From positions 3,816 to 67,815 of the forward strand of contig CAZRGC010000003.1 in assembly GCA_964599625.1 (NCBI GenBank): 64,000 bases of DNA, in the 5' to 3' direction. The notes under the pieces are model-generated. The model made no database searches and was not told the DNA's origin. It saw only the letters and a program-made list of their open reading frames with translations. Positions within the stretch are counted from its first letter, which is position 1. Every line of letters starts with the position of its first letter. Both the position numbers and the translations under genes were made by a program. Positions 36,063 through 46,504 of this stretch are shown here, one piece after another. Source of the stretch: an uncultured Gammaproteobacteria bacterium (lineage in GTDB: Bacteria; Patescibacteriota; Microgenomatia; UBA8517).

Positions 36063-37118
36063 TTATGCTATTTTAGCCCTGGGATCTCTGTCAATTTTTG
36101 AGATATCCAAAAAGTCAGACAAATTTGTATCTTTGTGTTTTAAGTAGGCACACACACCAATCATAGCAGCATTATCACCGTAAAGTTTTTTGGAGTAAGG
36201 TGTAACCAATTTGAATTTATATTTTTTTCCAACTTTTCTTAAAAGATTTCTTATCAAAGCGTTGTTTCCCACACCCCCGCCCAAAAACATTTGGCTGTAG
36301 TTTAAGCCTTTATCCTCAATTATGTGGCTTATGGTACGGATTAAATGTTTAAAAGCAGAATTTTGGAATTCTGCAGAAAGATTGTAAATTTCCTCCTTGG
36401 AAGGGAAGTTGGAGTCGTGAATTTTTTGAGAACTAATATAGCGCATGAGGGACGTTTTAAGTCCCGAATAGCTAAACATCATGCGTTTTTCCTGTCCCAG
36501 TAGGGGTACGGGAAGTGTAAAAGTATGAGGTGTTTGTAACTTTGCCATCTTTTCCATAACCGATGCTCCCGGATACCCAAGCCCTAACATTCTGGCAGCT
36601 TTATCTAGGGCTTCACCCAGCGCATCGTCTTGTGTTTGTGCCAAAATTTTATATTCACCCAGATTAACAATTTCAACAAAGAGAGTGTTTCCTCCGGAAA
36701 TAGCCAAGCCATAGGCGGGGAAAAGGGTGTCTTTCTGTTTGGTTTGGTCCTGAGATGTGGCCAGTGGACTCAATAAATGCGCTTCTATGTGGTTTATTGG
36801 GAGCAAGGGGAGGTTGTGAATCTTGGCAATTAACTTGGCTTTGGATATTCCGACACCCAGAGCAATTGACAAACCTGGGCCAAAAGTTACAGCAATTGCG
36901 GTTAGATCTTTATATTTGGTTTTTGCAGTTTTTAAAGCTTTTTCGACAACAAAATCAATTCGTTCTTCGTGCATTCTTTGCGCCAAACTGGGCATGACGC
37001 CACCAAATTCAGCATGGGAAGCTGCTTGTGACCATATAATATTGCTCAACACTTTTTGATTGTCCGTTACAGCAGCTGCTGTTTCGTCGCACGAAGTGTC
37101 AATTGCAAGTATTTTCAT
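36063..37118 (-). CDS. tsaD: tRNA N6-threonylcarbamoyladenosine transferase TsaD
   Basis: MKILAIDTSCDET, HIEAH, ISGG, DDALGEALDK, FSYSGLK, DNAAMIG. Confidence 0.96.
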   Translation of the reverse strand: MKILAIDTSCDETAAAVTDNQKVLSNIIWSQAASHAEFGGVMPSLAQRMHEERIDFVVEKALKTAKTKYKDLTAIAVTFGPGLSIALGVGISKAKLIAKIHNLPLLPINHIEAHLLSPLATSQDQTKQKDTLFPAYGLAISGGNTLFVEIVNLGEYKILAQTQDDALGEALDKAARMLGLGYPGASVMEKMAKLQTPHTFTLPVPLLGQEKRMMFSYSGLKTSLMRYISSQKIHDSNFPSKEEIYNLSAEFQNSAFKHLIRTISHIIEDKGLNYSQMFLGGGVGNNALIRNLLRKVGKKYKFKLVTPYSKKLYGDNAAMIGVCAYLKHKDTNLSDFLDISKIDRDPRAKIA

Positions 37119-37192
37119 ACCCGATTTTACCATTTTAGATTCGAAGCCGGCAAAACCCTGTAATTTCGACAGAAAAGTGCTAATCTTGCAAA

Positions 37193-37453
37193 ATGAAAGA
37201 AAAACTTTACGCTTCGGTTGAAAAACTGTTTAAAGAACAAGCACCCGACCTCTTGGAGTTTTTGGAGTCTGACGATCCTTTTTGGAAGCAAGTTAAGGAT
37301 AATTCAATAACAGATGCTGAGCTAGACGGCCATCAGATGCTTATGGAAGAACTTGGAATGTTTGATCAGAAATCTGCAGTGGCTAAGGCTGTCCAGGTAA
37401 TCAAGGAAGCAAGAAAGAAAAATCTCCCTACTCCTTTGAGTTACACTTTTTGA
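37193..37453 (+). CDS. Hypothetical protein (86 aa)
   Basis: TGcTAATCT 6 nt before the ATG; acidic helical ORF. Confidence 0.55.
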   Translation: MKEKLYASVEKLFKEQAPDLLEFLESDDPFWKQVKDNSITDAELDGHQMLMEELGMFDQKSAVAKAVQVIKEARKKNLPTPLSYTF

Positions 37454-37938
37454 GTGTAAAGCAGAGCCGTCGCCTCGTCGACCTTATAGTAAACACCAAC
37501 GCTTGTTGGAGAATAATTTAGGACACTTTGGTTAATTTCTCCGGCCATATCAAAGTTAGACTTAACATCTTTTGATCTACGTACAGTTATGTGTGGAACA
37601 AAAGGCAGGTTGATGTTGTTAAATTTATATAGCTCACTTTCAAAATTGGTTCGAAGTTGTTCCATTCCTGGTTTTGATTTAACTTTAGCAACAAAAGTAT
37701 TTCCATTTGGTCCAATAAAATCAAGCTTGTATGGTTCAAGAATTGTGTTTTTAAGGATATTGGGATCACTTTTCATTACAGCCTTTATGTTTTCTAGATC
37801 TTCTTCTGAAATTTCTCCCAGAAAATACATCGTCATATGGTAGAACTTTCTGTGTTTATTAAGAGATTTGAGCCAATTAAGAAGAGGGCTTTCTTTTATT
37901 GGTATGGCTATGTATGCGTCTCTGAATGTTTCTTTCAT
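37441..37938 (-). CDS. 2H phosphoesterase (ThpR / 2'-5' RNA ligase family)
   Basis: Two HxT motifs (YHMTMYFLG, FVPHITV); starts right after the tsaC-tsaE stop. Confidence 0.8.
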   Translation of the reverse strand: MKETFRDAYIAIPIKESPLLNWLKSLNKHRKFYHMTMYFLGEISEEDLENIKAVMKSDPNILKNTILEPYKLDFIGPNGNTFVAKVKSKPGMEQLRTNFESELYKFNNINLPFVPHITVRRSKDVKSNFDMAGEINQSVLNYSPTSVGVYYKVDEATALLYTQKV

Positions 37939-37939
37939 A

Positions 37940-38995
37940 TTACAAAACACCCCAACTTATCAATCTGTCGTTATTATTTTTTCCGGATTTGATATTAATC
38001 CATATAACAACTGCCTCCTCATCATACTTTTTTATCTCGTCATTGACTCTGTCGGCCCATTCAATTGATATCACAGATTTGTTTTTTATCAAGTCTGAGA
38101 AGCCTAAGTCTGTAAGCTGGTTGCTGTTTTCAAGCCGCCAGGCGTCAAAGTGAAAAAGTTTTATTGCACCCACTACATATTCGTTTTCAACTGCATAGGT
38201 TGGGGAAGTTACTAACTCACTTATTCCCATGGCTTTTGCCAAACCTTTTGTAAATTGTGTTTTTCCTGCACCCATTTCTCCTGTAAGCGCAAAAACGACA
38301 GCCCTTTTTCCTTGATATGATTCATACTTCTGCCAAATTTCCTTTCCTGCATTTTGAGTATTTTCTTCGCTTCTGCTTAATACTTCATTTTTGTCAGATA
38401 ATCTGAAATCCCCTTGCCTTAAAACTATTGTATCGTCTGCTGTTGTGTCTATAACGGTTGATGGCTCATTTTTGGGAAGATCACCAGCGTCTATTACCAG
38501 TCCTATTAAGTTTTTTTGTTTCCGGCTTATGTTGTTGAAAATATCTGATATTTTGTAGGGGCGTTTTTGATACGAAGCGTTTGCGCTTGTGGCGACTATG
38601 GGCCGCCCAAAACTTTTTATAAGCTCAATCATGAAGGGAAAGTCGGGAATTCTTACCCCCAAAGTTCCTGCTTCAGACTGGACTCCGGGTGCAACTTTGT
38701 TTTTGCCTTTCGAAACAACAGTAATGGGACCGGGTAAAAATTTATCGTAGAGGTTGTTTGCCGCTTCGTTGATGTGCACATATTGCGAGGCCATTTCCTT
38801 ACTATCACACATAATTGCATACGGTTTACCAAACGGTCTTTTTTTATATTCATTAAGCTTTTTGACTGCTTCCGGGTTTTGGGAATCAACAGCTACTCCA
38901 TAAACTGTTTCGCAAGGGAATATCACAATCGAACCGAGGGACAGCTCAGAGACTGCCTTTTCCAGACCTTGTTTATTTGGGACAACTGTGACCAT
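37940..38995 (-). CDS. tsaC-tsaE: TsaC (YrdC/Sua5 domain)-TsaE fusion
   Basis: N-terminal FPCETVYG, KKRP, LPGPIT, ATSANAS, PSTVID; C-terminal LTGEMGAGKT, VTSPTY, HFDAWRL, IEWAD. Confidence 0.92.
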   Translation of the reverse strand: MVTVVPNKQGLEKAVSELSLGSIVIFPCETVYGVAVDSQNPEAVKKLNEYKKRPFGKPYAIMCDSKEMASQYVHINEAANNLYDKFLPGPITVVSKGKNKVAPGVQSEAGTLGVRIPDFPFMIELIKSFGRPIVATSANASYQKRPYKISDIFNNISRKQKNLIGLVIDAGDLPKNEPSTVIDTTADDTIVLRQGDFRLSDKNEVLSRSEENTQNAGKEIWQKYESYQGKRAVVFALTGEMGAGKTQFTKGLAKAMGISELVTSPTYAVENEYVVGAIKLFHFDAWRLENSNQLTDLGFSDLIKNKSVISIEWADRVNDEIKKYDEEAVVIWINIKSGKNNNDRLISWGVL

Positions 38996-39037
38996 GAGGC
39001 TATTTTACACCACAAGCTTCCAATTCTTAAGTTTTGT

Positions 39038-40798
39038 TCATCTGGCTGGGCCGGTTCCACGAAGATATACTGCTTGCCATGGTCTGTAGTTAGAAATAAA
39101 TGTTTTTTTGAAAATCTCTTCACCGTTTTTTGAAACAGAATAATCAAAAACTACCCTTGCCCCAGCAGCTTTGAAATCAATCTGTTTTACAACACCAACA
39201 GGAAGACTTGGGTCGTCTTGGTACCTATCTTCTGGTGCTGGTACAACCCTGGATATTATTGGTTTTGAAACCTTTGCAATCCTCCCGTCTTTGGTCCCGT
39301 ATAGCTCAAACGTAAGACTATATCGTTTGGTGTCGGTTTTTGTCTGGATAAGGATGTAGTTCCCTGTGTCGTTGGTAAATTTCAAATCTGGTGTTGGGCC
39401 GTATACAGTCGCATCAAGACCCGGAGGTGAGTTTTGTTCGTAGTAGCCCACTCTATAAGCATGGGGCGATCTTTCTACGATTGGCAAACCTGCGTTTAAA
39501 AGTGCTCTGAATAGTGTTGTTGAAACCTGACAAACTCCACCACCGTCACCGAGTATGGTTTTACCGCCGCTTATTATGTAAGCCTGTTGGTAACCGGTAA
39601 ATTGTGAAACATCACCAAGCGCTTCATTAAAGGAAAATGTTTCACCTGGGGCAACCAATATCCCGTTAATCCTGGATGCCGCAAGCGCAACATTGTGGAC
39701 ACGCGAAGGTATCGAGTGAAAATAAGTTGTAGTTGCCTCTGAGATAAGTTCTTTTATGCCAAGGTTGTTCACTTTATCTGTAGAGATTTCTGGAGGTGTT
39801 TTTTCAACAGGAATTTCTATAACCACATCTTTGACACCGCTTGTTTCAAGTTCCAATAAATTATTGGTGAGTGTCGCCAACAATTTGTCTTTTTGGACTT
39901 TTATCCCCGGAAGCGCGGGTTGAAATTCTGTTACCCTACCGTCTACGAATACAAATTTTGGATTTTGAGGATCACTTTCCAAACCTTTTGACACTTTCTC
40001 AATAATTTGAAGCAATTTATCCAAATCAAGTCCGTTTTTTGTATCTAAAGCTTTAACAATGTCTAGATCCTTCAATTGATAATTGAATTTTTCGAATTTT
40101 AATTCTACAGACCTTCCGAGGTATTTTTCTGCTCTGGACTTTAACTCCTGAGCCTCCGATTCTGAAAGCTGGTTGTTAATAAGATCAGAAGGTACAAGTA
40201 TGTCGTCTGATTGTGCAAAAGCGACTGCCCAACCTATGGCCGCGCGTAACCTCACCTGATCAACTTCGTTTCCGGATTGGCCTTTGTTGACAATAATCTT
40301 TCCGTTAATAACATTAACCGAAGGATCAATTGGTTCTTGTGAGTTTTGTCCAGAAATAACAGAAATAACTTTTTCAATATTTGTTTCGTTAAAGGTAACT
40401 ATTAGACCTATGTTTTTGTCGGATTTGGTAATAGCAAGCCTGGTTCGAATATCTTCTAAAATACTTCCACTTCGTCCGATATGCATAGCTCTTGAAACAC
40501 TTTTGGGCAAATCATATTTAGCTTCGATGTCTTTAGTGTTTAGGGAGTATATTTGTGTTTGGCCTACGATTTTAATCTTCTCTGGCATGTGGATATTTTC
40601 TTTAAGTCTGTCTTGAGCAGATTGGCTATCCAAACCTCCCAGATCTACCCCCGCAACTTTGATGTTTGGATAAATCTTGTTTTCGTATTTCCAGAAATAT
40701 GAAGCCAGGCAGGATCCTGCAACAACAACTGCAAATAAAATAAAGTGTAAAGGGCGAAGAGGTGTCTTTTTAAACAAAGGGAGTATTAATCTTCCCAT
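39038..40798 (-). CDS. VanW family protein with peptidoglycan-binding region
   Basis: RVHNVALAA, PGETFSFN, GGGVCQVSTT, ERSPHAY, GLDATV; N-terminal TM. Confidence 0.9.
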   Translation of the reverse strand: MGRLILPLFKKTPLRPLHFILFAVVVAGSCLASYFWKYENKIYPNIKVAGVDLGGLDSQSAQDRLKENIHMPEKIKIVGQTQIYSLNTKDIEAKYDLPKSVSRAMHIGRSGSILEDIRTRLAITKSDKNIGLIVTFNETNIEKVISVISGQNSQEPIDPSVNVINGKIIVNKGQSGNEVDQVRLRAAIGWAVAFAQSDDILVPSDLINNQLSESEAQELKSRAEKYLGRSVELKFEKFNYQLKDLDIVKALDTKNGLDLDKLLQIIEKVSKGLESDPQNPKFVFVDGRVTEFQPALPGIKVQKDKLLATLTNNLLELETSGVKDVVIEIPVEKTPPEISTDKVNNLGIKELISEATTTYFHSIPSRVHNVALAASRINGILVAPGETFSFNEALGDVSQFTGYQQAYIISGGKTILGDGGGVCQVSTTLFRALLNAGLPIVERSPHAYRVGYYEQNSPPGLDATVYGPTPDLKFTNDTGNYILIQTKTDTKRYSLTFELYGTKDGRIAKVSKPIISRVVPAPEDRYQDDPSLPVGVVKQIDFKAAGARVVFDYSVSKNGEEIFKKTFISNYRPWQAVYLRGTGPAR

Positions 40799-40843
40799 GT
40801 CGATATGATAACATTTGTATAGGGCTTACGGCCAAATATTTAT

Positions 40844-42250
40844 ATGCCACCAGAAAACTTTCAGGCACAACCTCAAATTGCTACCCAGGGGGTGAGCCCG
40901 CAACAACCCCCGGTTGGGTCAGTGGCTCCACCACCGCCCAAAAAAGAGTTTCCCAAAATGGCTATTTTTGCAATAGTTGGCATAGTAGTTTTGATAATAA
41001 TTTTTTTGGTAGTTAAACTTTTTACTTCAAAGGGAAAATCATCAACAGTTAGCCTTACTTGGTGGGGTTTGTGGGAGGATGAATCGACAGTGTCCTCGCT
41101 TATATCTGGGTACGAGTCTCAACATCCCAACGTTAAGATCTCATATGTTAGACAGTCCCCGCAGGACTACAGAGAGAGACTTACAAGCGCAATGGCCAAA
41201 GGTAGCGGGCCGGACCTTTTTAGATTCCACAACACTTGGGTTCCAATGTTCAGAAACGACTTGGACACCTTGCCTTCAGGAGTAATGAATGCTGCTGATT
41301 TTGCCAAAAATTTTTACCCTATTTCTTCTGCAGACTTGACTAGCGGCACCGGGATTGTAGGAATACCCTTGGAATATGATGCTTTGACACTTTATATAAA
41401 CGAAGACATATTTAATAAATCCGGAAAAACACCGCCCCAAACTTGGGATGAACTTAGGCTCTTGGCACGTGAACTTACCGTCAAAGACGATCAGAACAAT
41501 ATTACACAGGCCGGCGTTGCATTGGGTAGGACCGAGAACGTTGATCATTGGCCGGAAATAGTTGCACTTTTAATGCTTCAAAACGGTGTTGATTTATCAA
41601 ATCCAATTGGAAAAAACGCAGAAGATGCCCTAACATTTTTTACTGTTTTTTCTACACTGGATGGTGTTTGGGATGCTACACTCCCAACCTCAACTCAAAC
41701 ATTTGCAGCTGGCAAACTGGCCATGTATATTGGACCGTCGTGGAGGTCGTTTGAAATATCCCTTCAAAACCCGACACTCAAGTACAAAACAGTACCGATA
41801 CCCCAGCTTCCAAAAGATAGTCCAAACCAGCCAGATATAACCTACGCAACCTATTGGGCAGAAGGTGTTTGGTCAAAAAGCAAAAACAAATCGGCTGCCT
41901 GGGACTTTCTTAAGTTTATGACTACTCAGGAAAATTTGCAGAAGTTTTATACCAACGCAACCAAACTTAGAACCTTTGGTGAGCCATACCCCAGACCGGA
42001 CATGAACGGTCTTTTAATAGATCACCCGATTTTGGGATCCATTATTCAACAAGCACCTGGCGCTCAGAGTTGGTATCTGGCCTCAAGAACCTTTGATGGT
42101 CCTACAGGGATAAATACGCAGCTGGCCAACTATTTCGGCGATGCCGTCAATACACTTGTTGACAACAAAGACACTGTTGATAAAGCCATGGAGACTGTTG
42201 CTGCAGGTGTCCAACAAGTCCTTACCCAATACCGCCTTATTGCCAAATAA
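40844..42250 (+). CDS. Extracellular solute-binding protein (sugar-binding family), TM-anchored
   Basis: LTWWGLW, GSGPDLF, LYINEDIF, PPQTWDEL, FAAGKLAMY, AAWDFLKFM. Confidence 0.88.
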   Translation: MPPENFQAQPQIATQGVSPQQPPVGSVAPPPPKKEFPKMAIFAIVGIVVLIIIFLVVKLFTSKGKSSTVSLTWWGLWEDESTVSSLISGYESQHPNVKISYVRQSPQDYRERLTSAMAKGSGPDLFRFHNTWVPMFRNDLDTLPSGVMNAADFAKNFYPISSADLTSGTGIVGIPLEYDALTLYINEDIFNKSGKTPPQTWDELRLLARELTVKDDQNNITQAGVALGRTENVDHWPEIVALLMLQNGVDLSNPIGKNAEDALTFFTVFSTLDGVWDATLPTSTQTFAAGKLAMYIGPSWRSFEISLQNPTLKYKTVPIPQLPKDSPNQPDITYATYWAEGVWSKSKNKSAAWDFLKFMTTQENLQKFYTNATKLRTFGEPYPRPDMNGLLIDHPILGSIIQQAPGAQSWYLASRTFDGPTGINTQLANYFGDAVNTLVDNKDTVDKAMETVAAGVQQVLTQYRLIAK

Positions 42251-43104
42251 TGTTCAATCCGCAGCCTATCGTTGTTAAAAGTATCACCGGAAAAGAAAAG
42301 TTGACAAACGGGGAGAAGTTCTCTGTTATCTATCACGACATCTTCGATTATCCATTGGATTTTGCGGACCTGGTGCGTTGGAAAGCATCTGAAAATTCAC
42401 CGAAGTTAAAGAAACTGACATCAATTAAAGATTCTCACCTGTTTGTTCAAGGAAGATCGGGTCTTGTTTACAAGAAACAACTTAGAAAAAGAATTTCAGC
42501 AAAAAAAATGTTGATTGCCAGAAAAGCATCTGTTGTGCTTTCTAAAATACCATTTGTTAAGCTGGTGGGTTTGACCGGGTCGCTTTCTATGAACAACGCA
42601 ACTGAAGATGGTGACATAGACTTGTTGATTGTTACCTCAAAAGATTTATTGTGGACGACAAGAATTTTAGGACATTTGGCTTTGGTTTTGTGTGGCCTAA
42701 AAATTAGGCGGTCGGGAAGTTTTGAACAAAAAAATCGACTATGTTTGAATATGTGGATATCCGAAGACAATCTTGCTTGGAAATATAAACGAAATTATTA
42801 CACCTCCCACGAGCTTGCTCAGATTGTTCCACTCTATAGCAAAGGTAAAATTTTTGAAAAGATGCTTTGGGATAATAGATGGATACTTAAGTATTGGCCT
42901 AACTCAGTAAAAATTAACCCCCCAAGGCACGCAAAAATCAACCAAAGACCAAATACACTTTGGTTATTTGTTGAAAAATTGGCTTTTAAAATACAATACA
43001 ACCACATGAAGAATAAAATTAGTCGTGAAGTAGTAAAAAGTAATATTGCTCTTTTTCATCCTCACGATTGGGGATTGTTTGTTGAAGCCCGACTTTCCTC
43101 TTGA
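42250..43104 (+). CDS. Nucleotidyltransferase-domain protein
   Basis: Pol-beta NTase motif VGLTGSLS...DGDIDLLIV; TAATG coupling with the solute-binding gene. Confidence 0.75.
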   Translation: MFNPQPIVVKSITGKEKLTNGEKFSVIYHDIFDYPLDFADLVRWKASENSPKLKKLTSIKDSHLFVQGRSGLVYKKQLRKRISAKKMLIARKASVVLSKIPFVKLVGLTGSLSMNNATEDGDIDLLIVTSKDLLWTTRILGHLALVLCGLKIRRSGSFEQKNRLCLNMWISEDNLAWKYKRNYYTSHELAQIVPLYSKGKIFEKMLWDNRWILKYWPNSVKINPPRHAKINQRPNTLWLFVEKLAFKIQYNHMKNKISREVVKSNIALFHPHDWGLFVEARLSS

Positions 43105-43154
43105 CAGTTAAATTTTCAATTAATAAAATAGCACTCAGTTAGTTTGAATGCTAG
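43101..43154 (+). promoter_or_regulatory. Sigma70 promoter plus CIRCE (HrcA operator) for groESL
   Basis: TTGACA(43101)-N17-TAAAAT(43124); ATAGCACTC-N9-GAATGCTAG at 43128-43154. Confidence 0.85.
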
Positions 43155-43182
43155 AAAGGTCTGAGTTAAAAACAAACTTAAA

Positions 43183-43476
43183 ATGGCAAAGCTAAATCTT
43201 AAACCAACAGCAGGGTATTTGTTAATTGAGCCGGTTGAGGCAGCAACAAAAACTGCATCTGGCATCTATCTACCCGACACTTCAACAGAAAAACCGCAAA
43301 AAGGTAAGGTGTTGTCAGCTGGACCAGCATCCTACCAAGATGGACAGAAAATCGACGCCCCTGCAAAAGAAGGTGAAGTGGTTTTTTACAAAAAATGGGG
43401 AGGAAACGAGGTTAAGATTGAAGGCAAGGAATATTTGTTCGTTAAGTTCGAGGATGTTATGGCGGTAGAAAACTAA
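43183..43476 (+). CDS. groES: Co-chaperonin GroES
   Basis: [10 protein letters not shown]...[12 protein letters not shown]...GNEVKIEG. Confidence 0.97.
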   Translation: MAKLNLKPTAGYLLIEPVEAATKTASGIYLPDTSTEKPQKGKVLSAGPASYQDGQKIDAPAKEGEVVFYKKWGGNEVKIEGKEYLFVKFEDVMAVEN

Positions 43477-43483
43477 TAAAAAA

Positions 43484-45112
43484 ATGGCAAAACAACTTAA
43501 ATTTGGTAAGGATGCAAGAGAGGCCTTGATGGTTGGTATCGACACTGTTGCAAAAGCAGTCGTAACAACACTGGGGCCTAAAGGAAGAAATATTGCTTTG
43601 GACAAAAAATGGGGAGCTCCAAGTATTGTTCACGACGGTGTTTCGGTAGCTAAAGAGATTGATCTACCGGATCCGTTTCAAAACATGGGTGCCCAGCTAG
43701 TTAAAGAAGCAGCCAACAAAACAAACGACAATGCCGGTGACGGAACCACAACATCAACTTTACTTGCAAAGGAACTAACCTCAAAAGGTATGAAGAAGGT
43801 TGATTCTGGTTCAAATCCGATGATTATCAAAAAAGGTATGGAGAAAGCTGTAGAGGCTGTTGTTGTTGAACTTAAGAAAATGGCTAAGCCGATAAAACGT
43901 GAGGATGAAATAACTCAAGTCGCGACAATATCAGCAGGTGATTCGGTAATTGGAGAGAAAATTGCCGAGGCGCTTAACAAAGTTGGACGTGATGGTGTGG
44001 TAACTGTAGAAGAAGGTAAAGGGTTAACAATTGACATTGAATACAAGGAGGGTATGGAGTTTGATAGGGGTTATGCGTCTGCTTATATGGTTACCAACGC
44101 AGACAAAATGGAATCAGAGATTGAAAATCCGTATATTTTGATTACAGACAAGAAAATTACTTCGATTCAAGACCTTTTACCGTTTTTGGAAAAGTTTGTA
44201 AAAGTAAGCAAAAGCTTGGTTATATTGGCAGACGAAATTGAGGGTGAAGCTTTGGCCACTTTGGTTTTGAACAAGCTTAGGGGCACCTTTAACGTCTTGG
44301 CGATCAAAGCACCAGGGTTTGGAGATAGAAGAAAAGAAATGTTGGAAGACATAGCAGCACTTACCGGTGGGACGGTAATATCCGAAGACACAGGAAGAAA
44401 TTTTGAATCTATCGAAGTGACAGATCTTGGTAGAGCGGATAAGGTTTGGGCAGACAAAGATAATACCAGAATAATTGGTGGTAAGGGTGACAAAGGGGTT
44501 ATAGATGCAAGGATTGCCTCAATCAAAAAGCAAATCTCTGCAGTTGATTCAGATTTTGATCGCGAAAAACTTGAAGAAAGATTGGCGAAGCTTTCCGGGG
44601 GTGTGGCTCAAATAAATGTAGGTGCTGCTACCGAAGTGGAACTTAATGATAAAAAAGAGAGAGTCAAAGATGCAGTGGGTGCCACCAAGGCCGCTGTGGA
44701 AGAGGGTATTGTACCAGGAGGTGAAACAGCACTTCTCAGAGCCAGAGCTGCACTTAAAGCTTTGAAGGTGGAAAAAGGAGATGAGCAGGTAGGTGTCGAT
44801 ATAGTTTATGAAGCTTTGGAAGAGCCTATTAAATGGCTCTCTAAAAACGCAGGCGATAACGAAGAAGATGTCCTTAAGAAAGTTTCTGAATCAAAAGATG
44901 CTGACTTTGGTTACAACGCACTTACAGGTGAGTTTGGATCTATGACCAAATTTGGAATAATTGACCCCGTTAAGGTAACGAGAAGCGCCCTACAAAACGC
45001 TGCAAGTGTTGCTATGATGGTACTTACGACCGAAGGGCTTGTTACAGATATACCTGAAGAAAAGAAAGAGCCTGTAATGCCTCCCGGCGGAATGGGTGGA
45101 ATGGATTATTAA
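43484..45112 (+). CDS. groEL: Chaperonin GroEL
   Basis: [36 protein letters not shown] tail. Confidence 0.98.
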   Translation: MAKQLKFGKDAREALMVGIDTVAKAVVTTLGPKGRNIALDKKWGAPSIVHDGVSVAKEIDLPDPFQNMGAQLVKEAANKTNDNAGDGTTTSTLLAKELTSKGMKKVDSGSNPMIIKKGMEKAVEAVVVELKKMAKPIKREDEITQVATISAGDSVIGEKIAEALNKVGRDGVVTVEEGKGLTIDIEYKEGMEFDRGYASAYMVTNADKMESEIENPYILITDKKITSIQDLLPFLEKFVKVSKSLVILADEIEGEALATLVLNKLRGTFNVLAIKAPGFGDRRKEMLEDIAALTGGTVISEDTGRNFESIEVTDLGRADKVWADKDNTRIIGGKGDKGVIDARIASIKKQISAVDSDFDREKLEERLAKLSGGVAQINVGAATEVELNDKKERVKDAVGATKAAVEEGIVPGGETALLRARAALKALKVEKGDEQVGVDIVYEALEEPIKWLSKNAGDNEEDVLKKVSESKDADFGYNALTGEFGSMTKFGIIDPVKVTRSALQNAASVAMMVLTTEGLVTDIPEEKKEPVMPPGGMGGMDY

Positions 45113-45137
45113 GTAGCCTTTCTATTACAATTGCCTA

Positions 45138-45725
45138 ATGTGGCAGGAAGCCGAAAATTTTCTCCAAAAAGATAAATATATATCACCACTTATCAAAAAA
45201 TGGGGTCATTGTACTGTTAAGATCAGCAAACATAACGACTACTTCGAGGATATATGCTCAAATATTGTAGGCCAACAATTGTCAGGAAAGGCTGCTGATA
45301 CGATTTTTGCCAGATTCAAAGCCGCTGTGGGTGGAAAAGTGACACCCGAATCTGTTCTGGGCACAGATGGACAGTTGCTAAGAGATGCAGGTATGAGTTG
45401 GGGCAAAGTTTCCTTCGTGAAGGATTTGGCTCAGAAGACAAAATCCGGGGAACTTCAAACTAAAAAGCTTTATGATTTACCAGATGATGAGGTTATCAAG
45501 GAAATGGTTGCAGTTAAAGGAATCGGGCTTTGGACTGCACAGATGTTTTTGATGTTTTCTTTGGGTAGAGCAGATGTTTTTCCCACAGACGACTTGGGCA
45601 TTAGAAAAGGCTTTGAAAAGATAACGGGGCAGAGTCTGTCAGGAAAAGAAATGTTAGCTTTTTCTGAGAGATGGAGACCTTATAGAACTGTAGCCTCTTG
45701 GTATATTTGGCGAAGCCTGGATTAG
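45138..45725 (+). CDS. DNA-3-methyladenine glycosylase II (HhH-GPD, AlkA/Mag type)
   Basis: IVGQQLS, VKGIGLWTAQMFLMFSLGRADVFPTDDLG, WRPYRT. Confidence 0.9.
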   Translation: MWQEAENFLQKDKYISPLIKKWGHCTVKISKHNDYFEDICSNIVGQQLSGKAADTIFARFKAAVGGKVTPESVLGTDGQLLRDAGMSWGKVSFVKDLAQKTKSGELQTKKLYDLPDDEVIKEMVAVKGIGLWTAQMFLMFSLGRADVFPTDDLGIRKGFEKITGQSLSGKEMLAFSERWRPYRTVASWYIWRSLD

Positions 45726-46405
45726 CGAGTTATAAATGAAAGCGGGTTGAGTGCTGCTCCGTTTGAGCGAATTTCAATATGCAAGTGTGGGCCTGTAGCG
45801 TGCCCGGTGCGCCCAAGTTGTCCGACCTGTGTGTCCATGGTTATTTCCTGACCTTCTTTAACTTCAATCTTGGATAAATGTGCATAAAGCGAAGTCAACC
45901 CGTCACCATGGTCGACTACAACATTATTGCCGTATCCGTCGGTTGAATAACCTGCGAATACCACGCGACCGGGCTTCACTGATTTGACCGGAAGTCCGAT
46001 AGGCCCACCTAAATCAAGGCCAGGATGAAAATAGCTGTAGCTTTGGTTTACTTTAATGTAGGCAAGTGGATTTTGAAGGCTTTTTTCCGTTACGAGGCTG
46101 GTTTGTGGCTGAACCACTACCTGATCTTCCGGCTCCTGGGCGACTACCGCCCCCTGGGGAATAAAAGAAGATCCCAAAATAAACATCGCAAGACTGCCGC
46201 CAAATATCTTTTGAATGTTTTTATGTTCAAAAACGTGCCTAAAGTATCTTCCAACAATGCTGCCCGATTTGTACTTTTTCTTTACTTTTTCGAGGCTGGG
46301 AAGAATAGGCTCATCCACAAGAGGTTTACGCCTTCTTACTAACTTAAGGTGTACCTGAAGGCGGTACTTTGGCAGTTCTAGGCTCAATTTTTTCATCTTC
46401 GGCAC
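45722..46405 (-). CDS. M23 family metallopeptidase
   Basis: HPGLD, GYGNNVVVDH, YAHL, GRTGHATGPHLHIE. Confidence 0.92.
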   Translation of the reverse strand: MPKMKKLSLELPKYRLQVHLKLVRRRKPLVDEPILPSLEKVKKKYKSGSIVGRYFRHVFEHKNIQKIFGGSLAMFILGSSFIPQGAVVAQEPEDQVVVQPQTSLVTEKSLQNPLAYIKVNQSYSYFHPGLDLGGPIGLPVKSVKPGRVVFAGYSTDGYGNNVVVDHGDGLTSLYAHLSKIEVKEGQEITMDTQVGQLGRTGHATGPHLHIEIRSNGAALNPLSFITR

Positions 46406-46504
46406 TTAAAAGCCTGTGCCTGGCTCACAAAAAAACCCGCCTTTTCGCGGGAAGACGCAATTTTAAAGTATGAAAAGGGCCAAAGTCAAGTTTTGGTGAG
46501 ATTT

